Shown here: in pieces, positions 10,786 to 20,065 of the stretch
Layout: each line of letters opens with the position of its first letter
Numbering within the stretch: the first letter of the stretch is position 1
NCBI GenBank assembly: GCA_964567295.1
Contig: CAZMLU010000005.1
Coordinates: forward strand, 1 to 60,775
Reading direction: 5' to 3'
Source: an uncultured Desulfovibrionaceae bacterium
Lineage (GTDB): Bacteria; Bacillota; Dethiobacteria; DTU022; UBA8154
DNA: 60,775 bases
Position numbers and translations under genes: made by a program
The notes under the pieces: model-generated
Databases searched by the model: none
The model's input: the letters and a program-made list of their open reading frames with translations, nothing else
Told to the model about the DNA's origin: nothing

Positions 10786-11466
10786 ATGACTTCTTCGAAG
10801 AATACGCGAGGTTTTTTTGTAAGTATTGAAGGTGCAGATGGCGCCGGCAAAACAACGCAGGCCTATATGCTGAAAGAGCGCCTGGAAAGCGAGAGATATA
10901 AGGTTTTTCTCACCAGGGAGCCTGGGGGGACTCCCATCGGCGAGGAGATCAGGAATATTCTTTTAAATCCACATTTCAAAGAGATGTCAGTCCCCACCGA
11001 GATACTCCTTTACAGCGCGGCCAGGGCCCAGCTGGTAACAGAGTTGATCAGACCTTACCTGGAAAAGGGTTACGTGGTTATTACAGATCGCTACCTGGAC
11101 TCCAGTATCGTGTACCAGGGTCTTGCCGGCGGCGAAAAATTGGAAATGATAAGAGATACAAACATCTGGGCAACTGGTGGAGTTCTACCGGATATGACCT
11201 TTTTGCTGGATATAGATGCGGAGCACGGTTTGCAGCGCCTGGAAAGAAAAGGAGAAGGGTTGATCCCTTTTCATAAGGATCGCATGGAACAAAAAGAATT
11301 AGAATTTCATCGCAAAGTGCAGGAAGGTTTTTTGCTCCTGGCTTCCCAAGAAAGGAAACGTTTTGTAATTTTAAATGCGGAAAAAGAACCCCAAAAGGTG
11401 CACGAACAGCTTTGGGATCGATTGCAATCCTTATTATTGAACAAGACGAATGTTTCAAAAATATAA
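10786..11466 (+). CDS. tmk: Thymidylate kinase
   Basis: IEGADGAGKTT, TREPGGT, DRYLDSS. Confidence 0.96.
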   Translation: MTSSKNTRGFFVSIEGADGAGKTTQAYMLKERLESERYKVFLTREPGGTPIGEEIRNILLNPHFKEMSVPTEILLYSAARAQLVTELIRPYLEKGYVVITDRYLDSSIVYQGLAGGEKLEMIRDTNIWATGGVLPDMTFLLDIDAEHGLQRLERKGEGLIPFHKDRMEQKELEFHRKVQEGFLLLASQERKRFVILNAEKEPQKVHEQLWDRLQSLLLNKTNVSKI

Positions 11467-11497
11467 TAAGGACTATATCCAGTAAAGGAGCTATGAA

Positions 11498-12505
11498 TTG
11501 GGATTTCAAAAAATAATTGGCCAAAAATTAATATTGCAGGCCCTGCAAAACATCCTCTCCGCGGGGCAAGTTGGACATGCTTACCTGTTTTCAGGTTCTC
11601 CTGGAAGTGGAAAAAAGACTCTGGCTATGCTTTTTGCCCAGGCCATGAACTGTGATGCCAGTAGCGAGCCCCCCTGCGGGCAATGTCTTTCTTGTCGAAA
11701 GACTCTTAGCGGCAGCCATCCCGATCTATTTTATCTCAAGCCCAGCGGGGCGTCCTTAAAGATTGCTCAACTGCGGGAGATTAAGGAAGATCTTTATTAT
11801 CTGCCGGCTGAAGGGCAAAGAAAGATATGTATAATTCAGGATGCAGAGCTTCTGACTCTCTCTGCTGCTAATAGCATGTTAAAAATCCTGGAAGAGCCTC
11901 CTCGCCACCTGGTGTTTATCCTAATGAGCTCTAAGTCGTGGTCTTTACTACCCACGATTCTTTCCAGATGCACCCATTTCCCTTTAAAACCGCTTGCCAG
12001 AGAAGAGATGGAAGAATTACTGGTAAATCAGGGCTCTTTCTCCAAGGAGGAGAAAGAAATTGTGTTGGTTTTGGCTGGTGGCAACCCGGGAAAAGCTATA
12101 GAAACAGCTTCCCTGGGGAAATGGGATAGTAAATATCAGGAAATTTTGATGCTGGTAGAAGCCATCGAAAGAGATCCTGTAGACGTCATATTCAGCAAGG
12201 CAGAAGAGTTTTCCCGACGAGAGGATCTGGAAGAAGTCCTGGATCTGCTGCTGCTATTTTATCGGGACCGGCTTGTGATACAATCCGGAGGAAGCGGGAA
12301 GAACCTGATTTTGAAAAGTATTAATACGAGAAGCACCCAGAACAATGATCCTGGGGAGAAAGAAGTTCGGAATAACCATTCATCCTTCTTTTCCCAGGAA
12401 AAGATCTGTGGCGACATCCTGGATCTGCAGTGGCAACTCCAGGGCAATGTTAATAAGCGCCTGGCGCTAGAGGTGTTGTTTTTGAAGATGAGAGGAGTTG
12501 CATAA
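11498..12505 (+). CDS. holB: DNA polymerase III delta' subunit
   Basis: HAYLFSG-PGSGK, C-x-PCG-C-SC Zn motif, ANSMLKILEEPP, TILSRC. Confidence 0.93.
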   Translation: MGFQKIIGQKLILQALQNILSAGQVGHAYLFSGSPGSGKKTLAMLFAQAMNCDASSEPPCGQCLSCRKTLSGSHPDLFYLKPSGASLKIAQLREIKEDLYYLPAEGQRKICIIQDAELLTLSAANSMLKILEEPPRHLVFILMSSKSWSLLPTILSRCTHFPLKPLAREEMEELLVNQGSFSKEEKEIVLVLAGGNPGKAIETASLGKWDSKYQEILMLVEAIERDPVDVIFSKAEEFSRREDLEEVLDLLLLFYRDRLVIQSGGSGKNLILKSINTRSTQNNDPGEKEVRNNHSSFFSQEKICGDILDLQWQLQGNVNKRLALEVLFLKMRGVA

Positions 12506-12507
12506 CT

Positions 12508-13332
12508 TTGTCAAAGGTGGTAGGCGTACGCTTTAGGAAAGCTGGAAAAATTTATTATTTCGATCCAGGTCAACTGGAACTCAAGGCAGGACAGAAGGTT
12601 GTTGTGGAGACAAGCCGGGGACTGGAGCTTGGAGATGTTGTGCTGGAAAGCAAAAAAGTCGATGATGATGAAATTGTTCCTCCCCTACGCCTGGTGCGTA
12701 GAATTGCCACGGAATCTGATAAAAACCAGATTTCTGAAAACAAACGCAAAGAAGAGGAAGCATATAAGGTTTGCCAGGAGAAGATCAAAAAATACGGCTT
12801 GACCATGAAACTGGTAGATGTTGAATATACCTTTGACCATAACAAGATAATCTTTTATTTTACCGCAGAAAATCGCGTAGATTTTAGAGAACTGGTAAGA
12901 GATTTGGCGGCGGTCTTTCGTACTCGTATTGAGCTCAGGCAGATCGGAGTGAGGGATGAAGCTAAAATAGTTGGTGGAATGGGACCTTGTGGAAGAGGGC
13001 TTTGCTGTGCTACTTTTCTTGGTAGTTTTGGTCCTGTCTCCATACGTATGGCCAAGGAACAGAACCTATCTCTTAATCCTACTAAGATTTCCGGAATTTG
13101 CGGGCGCCTCATGTGTTGCCTGCGCTATGAGGCCGATCATTATGAACATGCTAAAGGAGAACTCCCTGTTACGGGTGATTTAGTGATAACCCCTAGAGGA
13201 GATGGAAAAGTTATAAGCACCAATATCGCTAAAAAAATAGTTCTGGTGGAGTTAAAGGACCTTTCTGTACAGCAGGAATTTCCTGTGGAAGAAGTAGAAA
13301 GGGACAATTCTGATGGAAAAAAAGAAAAATAG
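12508..13332 (+). CDS. ricT: PSP1-domain protein RicT/YaaT
   Basis: VDFRELVRDLA, RQIGVRDEA, GPCGR-LCC, KISGICGRLMCCL; TTG start. Confidence 0.92.
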   Translation: MSKVVGVRFRKAGKIYYFDPGQLELKAGQKVVVETSRGLELGDVVLESKKVDDDEIVPPLRLVRRIATESDKNQISENKRKEEEAYKVCQEKIKKYGLTMKLVDVEYTFDHNKIIFYFTAENRVDFRELVRDLAAVFRTRIELRQIGVRDEAKIVGGMGPCGRGLCCATFLGSFGPVSIRMAKEQNLSLNPTKISGICGRLMCCLRYEADHYEHAKGELPVTGDLVITPRGDGKVISTNIAKKIVLVELKDLSVQQEFPVEEVERDNSDGKKEK

Positions 13333-13359
13333 AAAAAAAGAAAAAGGATAGCGACCTTC

Positions 13360-14271
13360 ATGATTGAAGAGGAAGTTCAAGATCAATTTAAAAGGGGAAC
13401 CCTTTTTATCTGTGCTACTCCTATCGGCAACTTAAAAGACATAACCTTGCGGACGTTGGAATGCCTCCAAGCCGTGGACCTGATAGCGGTGGAAAAGGTC
13501 GAACGTTCCCGCAAATTGCTCTCTGCCTATGGGATTAGTGCTGCCCTTATTTCTTACCGTGAAGCTAACCGCAAGAAAAGCAGTAAATTTATTCTGGGCA
13601 AGCTGAAAGAAGGAAAACGGGTTGCATTGATCACTGATGCAGGTATGCCCCTGATCTCTGATCCCGGTCATTACCTTATAGAGTTGCTGGTAGAAGAAGG
13701 ACTTACTTATACTGTGCTTCCGGGGCCATCTGCTGCTCTTACTGCGCTGGTGCTCTCTGCTTATCCCTGTAAAAGGTTTGTGTTCATGGGATTTTTGGAA
13801 CGTAAAAAAGCAGCACGCCGGAAAGTACTGGAATCCCTTAAAGAGGAAGAAAACGCAGTTATTTTTTACGAGTCCCCTCACCGATTGTTAAAGACTTTGC
13901 AAGAGATGGAGGAAATTTTTGGTTCGAGGGAAATTGCTGTATGTAGAGAATTGACCAAATTGTTTGAGGAAATAAAAAGGGGGGCACCTTTAGAACTTAT
14001 AGATTATTACAGTGAAAATCCTCCCCGTGGAGAAATTACCTTGGTACTGGCACCCCATATTAGAGATCCGGGCGGTAGAAGTAGAAATGGATTAATAGAA
14101 GACAATAGTGAAAAATTAAAAGAAAAAATCCGGTATATGCTCATGAAAGAAATAGGTAATGGCTATGCCCCGGGAGAAGCCGTTAAAAAAACAGCCAGAT
14201 TTTTTTCCCTCTCACGAAATGAAGTGTATTCGCTCTATCTCCGCTTTAAAAAGCTGGGATTGCTTGAATAA
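13360..14271 (+). CDS. rsmI: 16S rRNA C1402 2'-O-methyltransferase
   Basis: ATPIGNLKDIT, TDAGMP-ISDPG, YESPHR, RELTKLFEE. Confidence 0.93.
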   Translation: MIEEEVQDQFKRGTLFICATPIGNLKDITLRTLECLQAVDLIAVEKVERSRKLLSAYGISAALISYREANRKKSSKFILGKLKEGKRVALITDAGMPLISDPGHYLIELLVEEGLTYTVLPGPSAALTALVLSAYPCKRFVFMGFLERKKAARRKVLESLKEEENAVIFYESPHRLLKTLQEMEEIFGSREIAVCRELTKLFEEIKRGAPLELIDYYSENPPRGEITLVLAPHIRDPGGRSRNGLIEDNSEKLKEKIRYMLMKEIGNGYAPGEAVKKTARFFSLSRNEVYSLYLRFKKLGLLE

Positions 14272-14378
14272 AAAAAAGGCTAACATCAATGTTTAGAAGA
14301 CTTTCTGGAAAGAGTGCAGTAAGTCTTCTTTTCACCTTTGTTTGCCGTTATGTGTCTATTTCTTCTCACTCACAATTC

Positions 14379-14627
14379 TCAATCAGACATCTTGTTAATG
14401 CATTCTTCACAGATTATCCTTCCGCTAAACTGCTTGATTTTTTCAGCACTTCCACAAAAAATGCAAGCCGGTTCATATTTTTTAAGGATTATTTTCTCTC
14501 CGTCCACATAAATCTCCAAAGCATCTTTAACTTCGATCCCCAAAGTCCTGCGTAGCTCAATAGGGATAACAACCCTGCCCAGTTCGTCAACCTTGCGTAC
14601 AATGCCTGTGGATTTCAACCCGGTCAC
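14379..14627 (-). CDS. abrB: AbrB family transition-state regulator
   Basis: KSTGIVRKVDELGRVVIPIELRRTL...LKKYEPACIFCG. Confidence 0.95.
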   Translation of the reverse strand: MTGLKSTGIVRKVDELGRVVIPIELRRTLGIEVKDALEIYVDGEKIILKKYEPACIFCGSAEKIKQFSGRIICEECINKMSD

Positions 14628-14662
14628 CCCCTTTATTTACATTATTCACCAAATTCATAAAC

Positions 14663-14691
14663 ATTATACCAGCAATTCCCATAAAAGGCAA
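14663..14691 (-). promoter_or_regulatory. Sigma-A promoter of abrB
   Basis: TTGCCT-17 bp-TATAAT with TG extension, minus strand. Confidence 0.65.
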
Positions 14692-14826
14692 TAGTAAAAA
14701 GCGAGGTTGAACGAAATATAAATTTATTGCTCTTTTTCCCAAAAATCGGCGTTTTTTATTTTTAAATCTTATACAGAGCATAGCTGCGAAAGGTCCTTAT
14801 AACAGAATTTACGAGTTTTACAACAT

Positions 14827-14855
14827 TTGCTCCCCTCAAGTTTTTATGGTATAAT
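14827..14855 (+). promoter_or_regulatory. Sigma-A promoter of metG
   Basis: TTGCTC-17 bp-TATAAT with TG extension. Confidence 0.6.
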
Positions 14856-14908
14856 TTAGCTTATTTATGCGCCTTGCTTGAAAGTTAAAAGGAGGATTGG
14901 CAGAAAGC

Positions 14909-16864
14909 ATGCCCGAAAAAACATTTTTCATAACTACTCCGATTTATTATCCCAGTGACAGGTTGCATGTCGGTCATTCTTATACTACCGTAGCCGCGGA
15001 TGCTATGGCCAGGTTTAAGAGACTAACCGGCTACGATGTGTGGTTTTTAACAGGCACCGATGAGCACGGCCAAAAAATTCAGCGTAGCGCTGAATCTGCC
15101 GGTAAGGAGCCCCAGCTTTTTGTAGATGAAATAGTAGACTGGATTAAGCAGCTCTGGTCTGCCCTAGATATTTCATACAATGATTTTATCCGCACTACAG
15201 AGCCCCGTCATCGAAAAGCCGTGCAAAACATTTTTAGCCGGCTTTATGAACAGGGGGATATTTATAAAGGACGCTACGAGGGTTTATACTGTACACCCTG
15301 CGAGTCGTTTTGGACAGCTCGACAGGTAGAAGATGGAAACTGTCCGGATTGCGGAAGACCTGTTGAAATGGTGGCGGAAGAGGGATACTTTTTTCGTATG
15401 TCCAAGTATGCTCCCCGCCTATTACAACATATCCAGGAAAACCCGCAGTTTATCCAACCGCCTTCTCGAAAAAATGAAATGATCAATAACTTTTTGGAAC
15501 CCGGGCTGGAAGATCTTTGCGTATCTCGCTCTACTTTTGACTGGGGAATTCCCATTCCCTTTGCTCCCGGCAATGTAATTTATGTCTGGCTGGATGCCCT
15601 CAGCAATTATATCACTGCGTTGGGTTACTCATCCGAAGACGAAACTCTTTTCCATAAATATTGGCCTGCTGATGTTCACCTTATGGCCAAAGAAATTGTG
15701 CGTTTTCATACCATCTACTGGCCTATTTTCCTTATGGCGCTGGAGCTTCCCTTGCCAAAACAGGTTTTCGGGCACGGTTGGTTGATCTTGCAGGAGGGGA
15801 AAATGTCCAAGTCTCAAGGCAATGTAGTGGACCCTATGGTGCTGATGGAACGTTATGGTTCTGACAGCTTGCGCTACTTTTTACTGAGAGAAATACCCTT
15901 TGGAGCAGACGGAGTGTTCAGCAACGAATCCATGCTGCAACGTATTAATACAGACCTGGCCAATGATTTGGGCAATCTCCAGAGCAGAACCGTTACCATG
16001 GTGGAGCGTTATTTCGACGGTAAGCTTCCCCGACCCGATGGTAAAGAAGAGGAGATGGACAAAGAGCTAAAAGAAATGGCGCTTAAGACACCTCAACGGA
16101 TTGAAGAGTTTATGGATAAGCTTCAATTCAGCGGGGCCTTGGAGGAACTCTGGTCGTTGGTCAGGCGTTCCAATAAATATATTGATGAAAATACCCCCTG
16201 GGCACTGGCCAAGGATCCGGAAAAAAGAGAGCGATTGGCCACCGTGCTCTATAATCTCTGTGAATCGTTGCGTTTTGTAGGGGTGCTTCTCCTGCCCTAT
16301 ATGCCTTGTACTCCCCGGCGCATATGGAGACAGTTAGGGATGGAGAATCTCTCTCAACTACAGAGTTGGGAAAGTTTGAATACTTGGGGGTTGCTTGAAT
16401 CGGGGAGCAAGATAGAACGCACAGAAGATCTGTTCCCGCGCCTGGATATTGAGGAAGAACTAAAGGTGCTGTTTGGTGATTCCCGGAAAAAGGGAAGCTC
16501 TAAAAAAGAAAATAAAGAAAAAGCAGAAGAAAAAGAGGGTCTTCTTGATATTGAACACTTTGCCAGCCTGGATATCCGTGTGGGCGAGATTCTAGATGCC
16601 GAGCAGGTTCCGAAAGCTGATAAACTGCTAAAAATGACGGTAGATCTGGGAGAGGAAAAGAGGCAGATTATCGCTGGCATAGCCCAATTTTATAAACCAC
16701 AAGAGCTAAAAGGTAAAAAGACCTTGTTCGTAGTAAACCTGAAGCCGGCAAAGATCAGGGGATTCTTATCAGAGGGAATGATCCTTGCTGCTACTGATAA
16801 TGAAGGCAACGCGGTATTAACAGCAGTGGATAAAGATGTTTCTCCGGGGAGTAAAATATCATGA
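14909..16864 (+). CDS. metG: Methionyl-tRNA synthetase with C-terminal tRNA-binding domain
   Basis: LHVGH, KMSKS, Zn knuckle CTPCES...CPDCG. Start ATG 14909 or TTG 14897. Confidence 0.97.
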   Translation: MPEKTFFITTPIYYPSDRLHVGHSYTTVAADAMARFKRLTGYDVWFLTGTDEHGQKIQRSAESAGKEPQLFVDEIVDWIKQLWSALDISYNDFIRTTEPRHRKAVQNIFSRLYEQGDIYKGRYEGLYCTPCESFWTARQVEDGNCPDCGRPVEMVAEEGYFFRMSKYAPRLLQHIQENPQFIQPPSRKNEMINNFLEPGLEDLCVSRSTFDWGIPIPFAPGNVIYVWLDALSNYITALGYSSEDETLFHKYWPADVHLMAKEIVRFHTIYWPIFLMALELPLPKQVFGHGWLILQEGKMSKSQGNVVDPMVLMERYGSDSLRYFLLREIPFGADGVFSNESMLQRINTDLANDLGNLQSRTVTMVERYFDGKLPRPDGKEEEMDKELKEMALKTPQRIEEFMDKLQFSGALEELWSLVRRSNKYIDENTPWALAKDPEKRERLATVLYNLCESLRFVGVLLLPYMPCTPRRIWRQLGMENLSQLQSWESLNTWGLLESGSKIERTEDLFPRLDIEEELKVLFGDSRKKGSSKKENKEKAEEKEGLLDIEHFASLDIRVGEILDAEQVPKADKLLKMTVDLGEEKRQIIAGIAQFYKPQELKGKKTLFVVNLKPAKIRGFLSEGMILAATDNEGNAVLTAVDKDVSPGSKIS

Positions 16865-17655
16865 ACAGTGTAAAATCCTTGCCCTACCTGGTTGACAGCC
16901 ATACACACCTGGATTTTAAAGATTTTAACTCGGATAGAGAAGAAGTTCTTCGCAGGGCGGAAAGAGTAGGATTAAAAGTTATCATCAACGCCGCTTTCGA
17001 CCTGGAATCTTCGCGGAGGGCCGTCCAACTTGCGGAGCAGTACCCTCTTATTTATGCTTCGGCAGGCATCCATCCTCATGATGCTAGCAAAGCAGTATCT
17101 GATTTTCCCCAGCAACTGGAAGAGATCTCTACCCATCCCAAAGTTGTGGCCTTGGGAGAGATGGGACTTGATTATTACAGGGATCGTTCTCCTCGTCAGG
17201 TACAACAGGTTGTTTTTCGCAAGCAGCTTAGGGTAGCGATTAAAGTGAATTTGCCAGTTATTATACACGACCGTGATGCCCATGAGGAAGTCTTGGACAT
17301 ACTGGAAGAAGAAGGGGTTCCTGCGGCGGGTGGAGTTATGCATTGTTTCTCAGGTGACTATAAACTGGCGCAGAGAGTAACGGAGATGGGTCTTTATATT
17401 TCCATAGCAGGCCCCGTAACGTATCCTAAAAACACAGATCTGGCCAAGGTTGTCTCGACTGTACCTCTTGACAGGCTCCTGTTGGAAACTGATGCACCTT
17501 TCCTCGCTCCTGTACCCTTGCGCGGCAAAAGAAATGAACCCGCCAATGTTGTTCATGTTGCCGAACGGGTTGCTGCATTACGCGGAACTACCGGGGAGAG
17601 GGTGGGACGTGCCTGCCTGGAAAATACGAGGCGCCTCTTTGCTTTGGAGATCTAG
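16861..17655 (+). CDS. tatD: TatD family hydrolase
   Basis: DSHTHL, GIHPH, GEMGLDY, HCFSG, ETDAPFL. Confidence 0.94.
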   Translation: MNSVKSLPYLVDSHTHLDFKDFNSDREEVLRRAERVGLKVIINAAFDLESSRRAVQLAEQYPLIYASAGIHPHDASKAVSDFPQQLEEISTHPKVVALGEMGLDYYRDRSPRQVQQVVFRKQLRVAIKVNLPVIIHDRDAHEEVLDILEEEGVPAAGGVMHCFSGDYKLAQRVTEMGLYISIAGPVTYPKNTDLAKVVSTVPLDRLLLETDAPFLAPVPLRGKRNEPANVVHVAERVAALRGTTGERVGRACLENTRRLFALEI

Positions 17656-17726
17656 AACCATGGTGGGAATCAGGTGCAGGGTACAGAGTATGGATTGTTT
17701 TTCCTATGGCTTGGGGCTGTTTTTAA

Positions 17727-17755
17727 TTGACAATTATTTTCTAATATGATAGAGT
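17727..17755 (+). promoter_or_regulatory. Sigma-A promoter of the cold-shock gene
   Basis: TTGACA-17 bp-TAGAGT with TG extension. Confidence 0.6.
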
Positions 17756-17807
17756 ATTTTGCGAAGGTTCCCAGCCTCACAGTTTAAATTATTAGGAGGT
17801 ATGTTTA

Positions 17808-18005
17808 ATGTTGGGTAGGGTAAAGTGGTTTAGTAAAGAAAAAGGCTACGGGTTTATTGAGCGAGATGATGGAGATGATGTATTTGTACATTACTCTGCC
17901 ATCAATGAGGAAGGCTTTAAAACTCTGGCTGAAGGCCAAGAGGTAGAGTTTGAAATCGTAGAAGGTGGCAGAGGGCCACAGGCTTCCAATGTTACCAAGG
18001 TTTAA
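17808..18005 (+). CDS. Cold-shock protein
   Basis: GRVKWF, KGYGFI (RNP1), DVFVHYSAI (RNP2); AGGAGG SD. Confidence 0.97.
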   Translation: MLGRVKWFSKEKGYGFIERDDGDDVFVHYSAINEEGFKTLAEGQEVEFEIVEGGRGPQASNVTKV

Positions 18006-18081
18006 TCTGTGAGGTGGGGATAGCGCTATAATATAGTCGTTACACTATAATATCAGGAAATACCTTAACCTCGAGATTAAT

Positions 18082-18114
18082 GAAGAGAGGCGTTCTGCCT
18101 CTCTTCTCATTTTT
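18082..18114 (+). terminator. Rho-independent terminator after csp
   Basis: GAAGAGAGGC-GTTCT-GCCTCTCTTC stem-loop followed by TCATTTTT. Confidence 0.7.
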
Positions 18115-18143
18115 GAGAGATCCAATATATTTAAGAGAAAAGG

Positions 18144-18170
18144 GCAGGATTTTTCTTTTATATAGGGAAT
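18144..18170 (+). promoter_or_regulatory. Sigma-H-type promoter of hpf
   Basis: GCAGGATTT-11 bp-AGGGAAT fits RNAGGAWWW-(11-12)-RNNGAAT; the B. subtilis hpf ortholog yvyD is sigma-H controlled. Confidence 0.7.
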
Positions 18171-18232
18171 AGTAATTGTTACCCCTTTAAGGGAATAGAA
18201 CAACCAAATGTTTGAAGGGAGTGGCTCTTCTA

Positions 18233-18772
18233 ATGAATATCAACGTTCGTGGAAAAAACATGGAGGTATCTTCTGCTCTGCAAGAATACGTGGAAAAGCG
18301 CATGGGAAAGTTAGAAAAATATTTTGATTCGCAGATAGAAGTCCAGGTAACAATGAGCATTATCAAGGGCGATCACATAGTAGAAGCAACAATTTCTATT
18401 GATGGTTTATTATTGCGTGCTGAGGAAGCAAGCCAGGATATATATGCTTCCATTGATTTGGTAGTAGACAAATTGGAACGGCAGATGCATAAATATAAAA
18501 CAAAAATTAACCGTAAACTAAGACAAAGCGGTATCAAGGATTTAACCGAGCAGGTTGTGCAAACACAGCCCACAGAAGAAGAGTCAGAGCCGGTAGTGGT
18601 CAGGACCAAACGGTTTGCCATGAAGCCAATGCCCGTGGAAGAAGCTATTTTACAGATGAATTTACTGGGACACAGTTTTTTTGTTTTTGCCAATGCTGAT
18701 ACCGATGAGATAAATGTCCTTTACAGGCGTAAAGACGGCAATTACGGCCTAATTGAGCCGGAGGACTGGTAA
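18233..18772 (+). CDS. hpf: Ribosome hibernation promoting factor, long form
   Basis: NINVRGKNMEVS-AL-EY, YASIDLVVDKLERQ, KPMPVEEAILQM-LLGH-FFVF. Confidence 0.95.
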   Translation: MNINVRGKNMEVSSALQEYVEKRMGKLEKYFDSQIEVQVTMSIIKGDHIVEATISIDGLLLRAEEASQDIYASIDLVVDKLERQMHKYKTKINRKLRQSGIKDLTEQVVQTQPTEEESEPVVVRTKRFAMKPMPVEEAILQMNLLGHSFFVFANADTDEINVLYRRKDGNYGLIEPEDW

Positions 18773-18841
18773 GAAAAGGAACCTTTAAAATAGGCTCCGG
18801 GTGTGTAAATATATTAAGCCAAGACAAAAGGCGGACAGTAG

Positions 18842-19954
18842 ATGCGCAAAGCCGTAAATGTAGTAATTTTTGAAGGGGGAAATCCGGAAGGCAGAACAGA
18901 AAAAATACTGGCGGATGTGCGCCATGCTGTTCTGTTGGATAACATCAATAAAATGAAAAAAGTGCAGCAGATAGGGTCTATTTATCTGCTCACAAATTAT
19001 TCGGAGTTGGCAGCAGAGGTTTCTTCTATGGGGGTAACGGTATGGGAGAATCAGCGCAGTAGAGAAGACTTTCATTTCGGGAAGGTCTTGCAGGAGCTCA
19101 TAAATAGCGAAAGGCTGGAAAATATCCTCTATGTAGGGGGTGCCAGCATTCCTTTTGTCACCGTGGCAGAATTGGAGGCTATTTGTGAGCAACTACAGGA
19201 AGAAGCAAAAATTGTTTACTCCAATAATGCCCAGTCGGCTGATATTATTGCTTTTACTCCTGCTTCCCTCATCAATAGTATTAAACCTCCGGCCATGGAT
19301 AATATTCTGGCTATTGAGCTGCGAGATAATTCAGGTATAGAGATGAAGCTTTTTCAAAATACACTGGGACTGCTTTTTGACTTGGATACTCCGGCCGACT
19401 TGTTGGTGCTGGCCGGGAGCCCCTTTACCGGTCCTCTTGCCTCACAAAAAATTAAGGCCTTAAAACTGGATCTTTCGCGATTGGAAGGAGCAAAAGAGGT
19501 CCTCAGGGGAGATTATGAGGAAATTGTTTTGTTGGGCAGAGTGGGAGCTCCTTTAATTGCTCATATTAATAAAAATATTAAGGCGCGCTTGCGTATTTTT
19601 TCCGAGGAAAGGGGCATGAAAGCCCTGGGGAGGGAAGAGCGTGGGGAAGTCACCTCCTTAATGGGTTATTTTCTGGAGGAGGTTGGACCTGAGAAGTTTA
19701 TAGATTATATAGAAAAAATTGCGCGGTGTGCCTTCCTGGATACCAGGGTCTTAATGGCGCACTTCAGGATGAATCTCACCCCTGAGGAGCGCTTTCTTTC
19801 TGACCTGGGAATGTGGGAAGAGTTGAGCAATCCACTGATGAGTGATTTTACCAGGGCTGTTATGGGATCAGAAATTCCTGTTCTCTGTGGTGGGCATTCC
19901 TTGGTATTGGGTGCATTATGGGCGCTTGTTGAGGAGATAGGACCTACATATTAG
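18842..19954 (+). CDS. Hypothetical protein with CofC-like/GT-A nucleotidyltransferase N-terminal region
   Basis: LFDLDTPADL resembles the CofC/MobA D-(I/V)-D-T-P-x-D-L motif. The C-terminal half (FSEERGM, LDTRVL, GGHSLV) is unassigned. Confidence 0.5.
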   Translation: MRKAVNVVIFEGGNPEGRTEKILADVRHAVLLDNINKMKKVQQIGSIYLLTNYSELAAEVSSMGVTVWENQRSREDFHFGKVLQELINSERLENILYVGGASIPFVTVAELEAICEQLQEEAKIVYSNNAQSADIIAFTPASLINSIKPPAMDNILAIELRDNSGIEMKLFQNTLGLLFDLDTPADLLVLAGSPFTGPLASQKIKALKLDLSRLEGAKEVLRGDYEEIVLLGRVGAPLIAHINKNIKARLRIFSEERGMKALGREERGEVTSLMGYFLEEVGPEKFIDYIEKIARCAFLDTRVLMAHFRMNLTPEERFLSDLGMWEELSNPLMSDFTRAVMGSEIPVLCGGHSLVLGALWALVEEIGPTY

Positions 19955-20065
19955 GTAGTCATAACGCTGTTTTACCCTGTTGGGAAAAAAATGGGCAACT
20001 TGCGGGAAGGAATGGTTTTCCTTGTTGGCTTATACTTCCCACATAATGTAGAGGGAGTGGGTTTG

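Noticed and set aside
14630-14660. Possible Spo0A boxes downstream of the abrB promoter (TGGTGAA-TAA-TGTAAAT, minus strand)
   Set aside because: Position matches B. subtilis, but the boxes have one and three mismatches to TGNCGAA; too weak to call.
14856-14908. T-box leader for metG
   Set aside because: Only about 50 nt between promoter and start; no T-box sequence seen.
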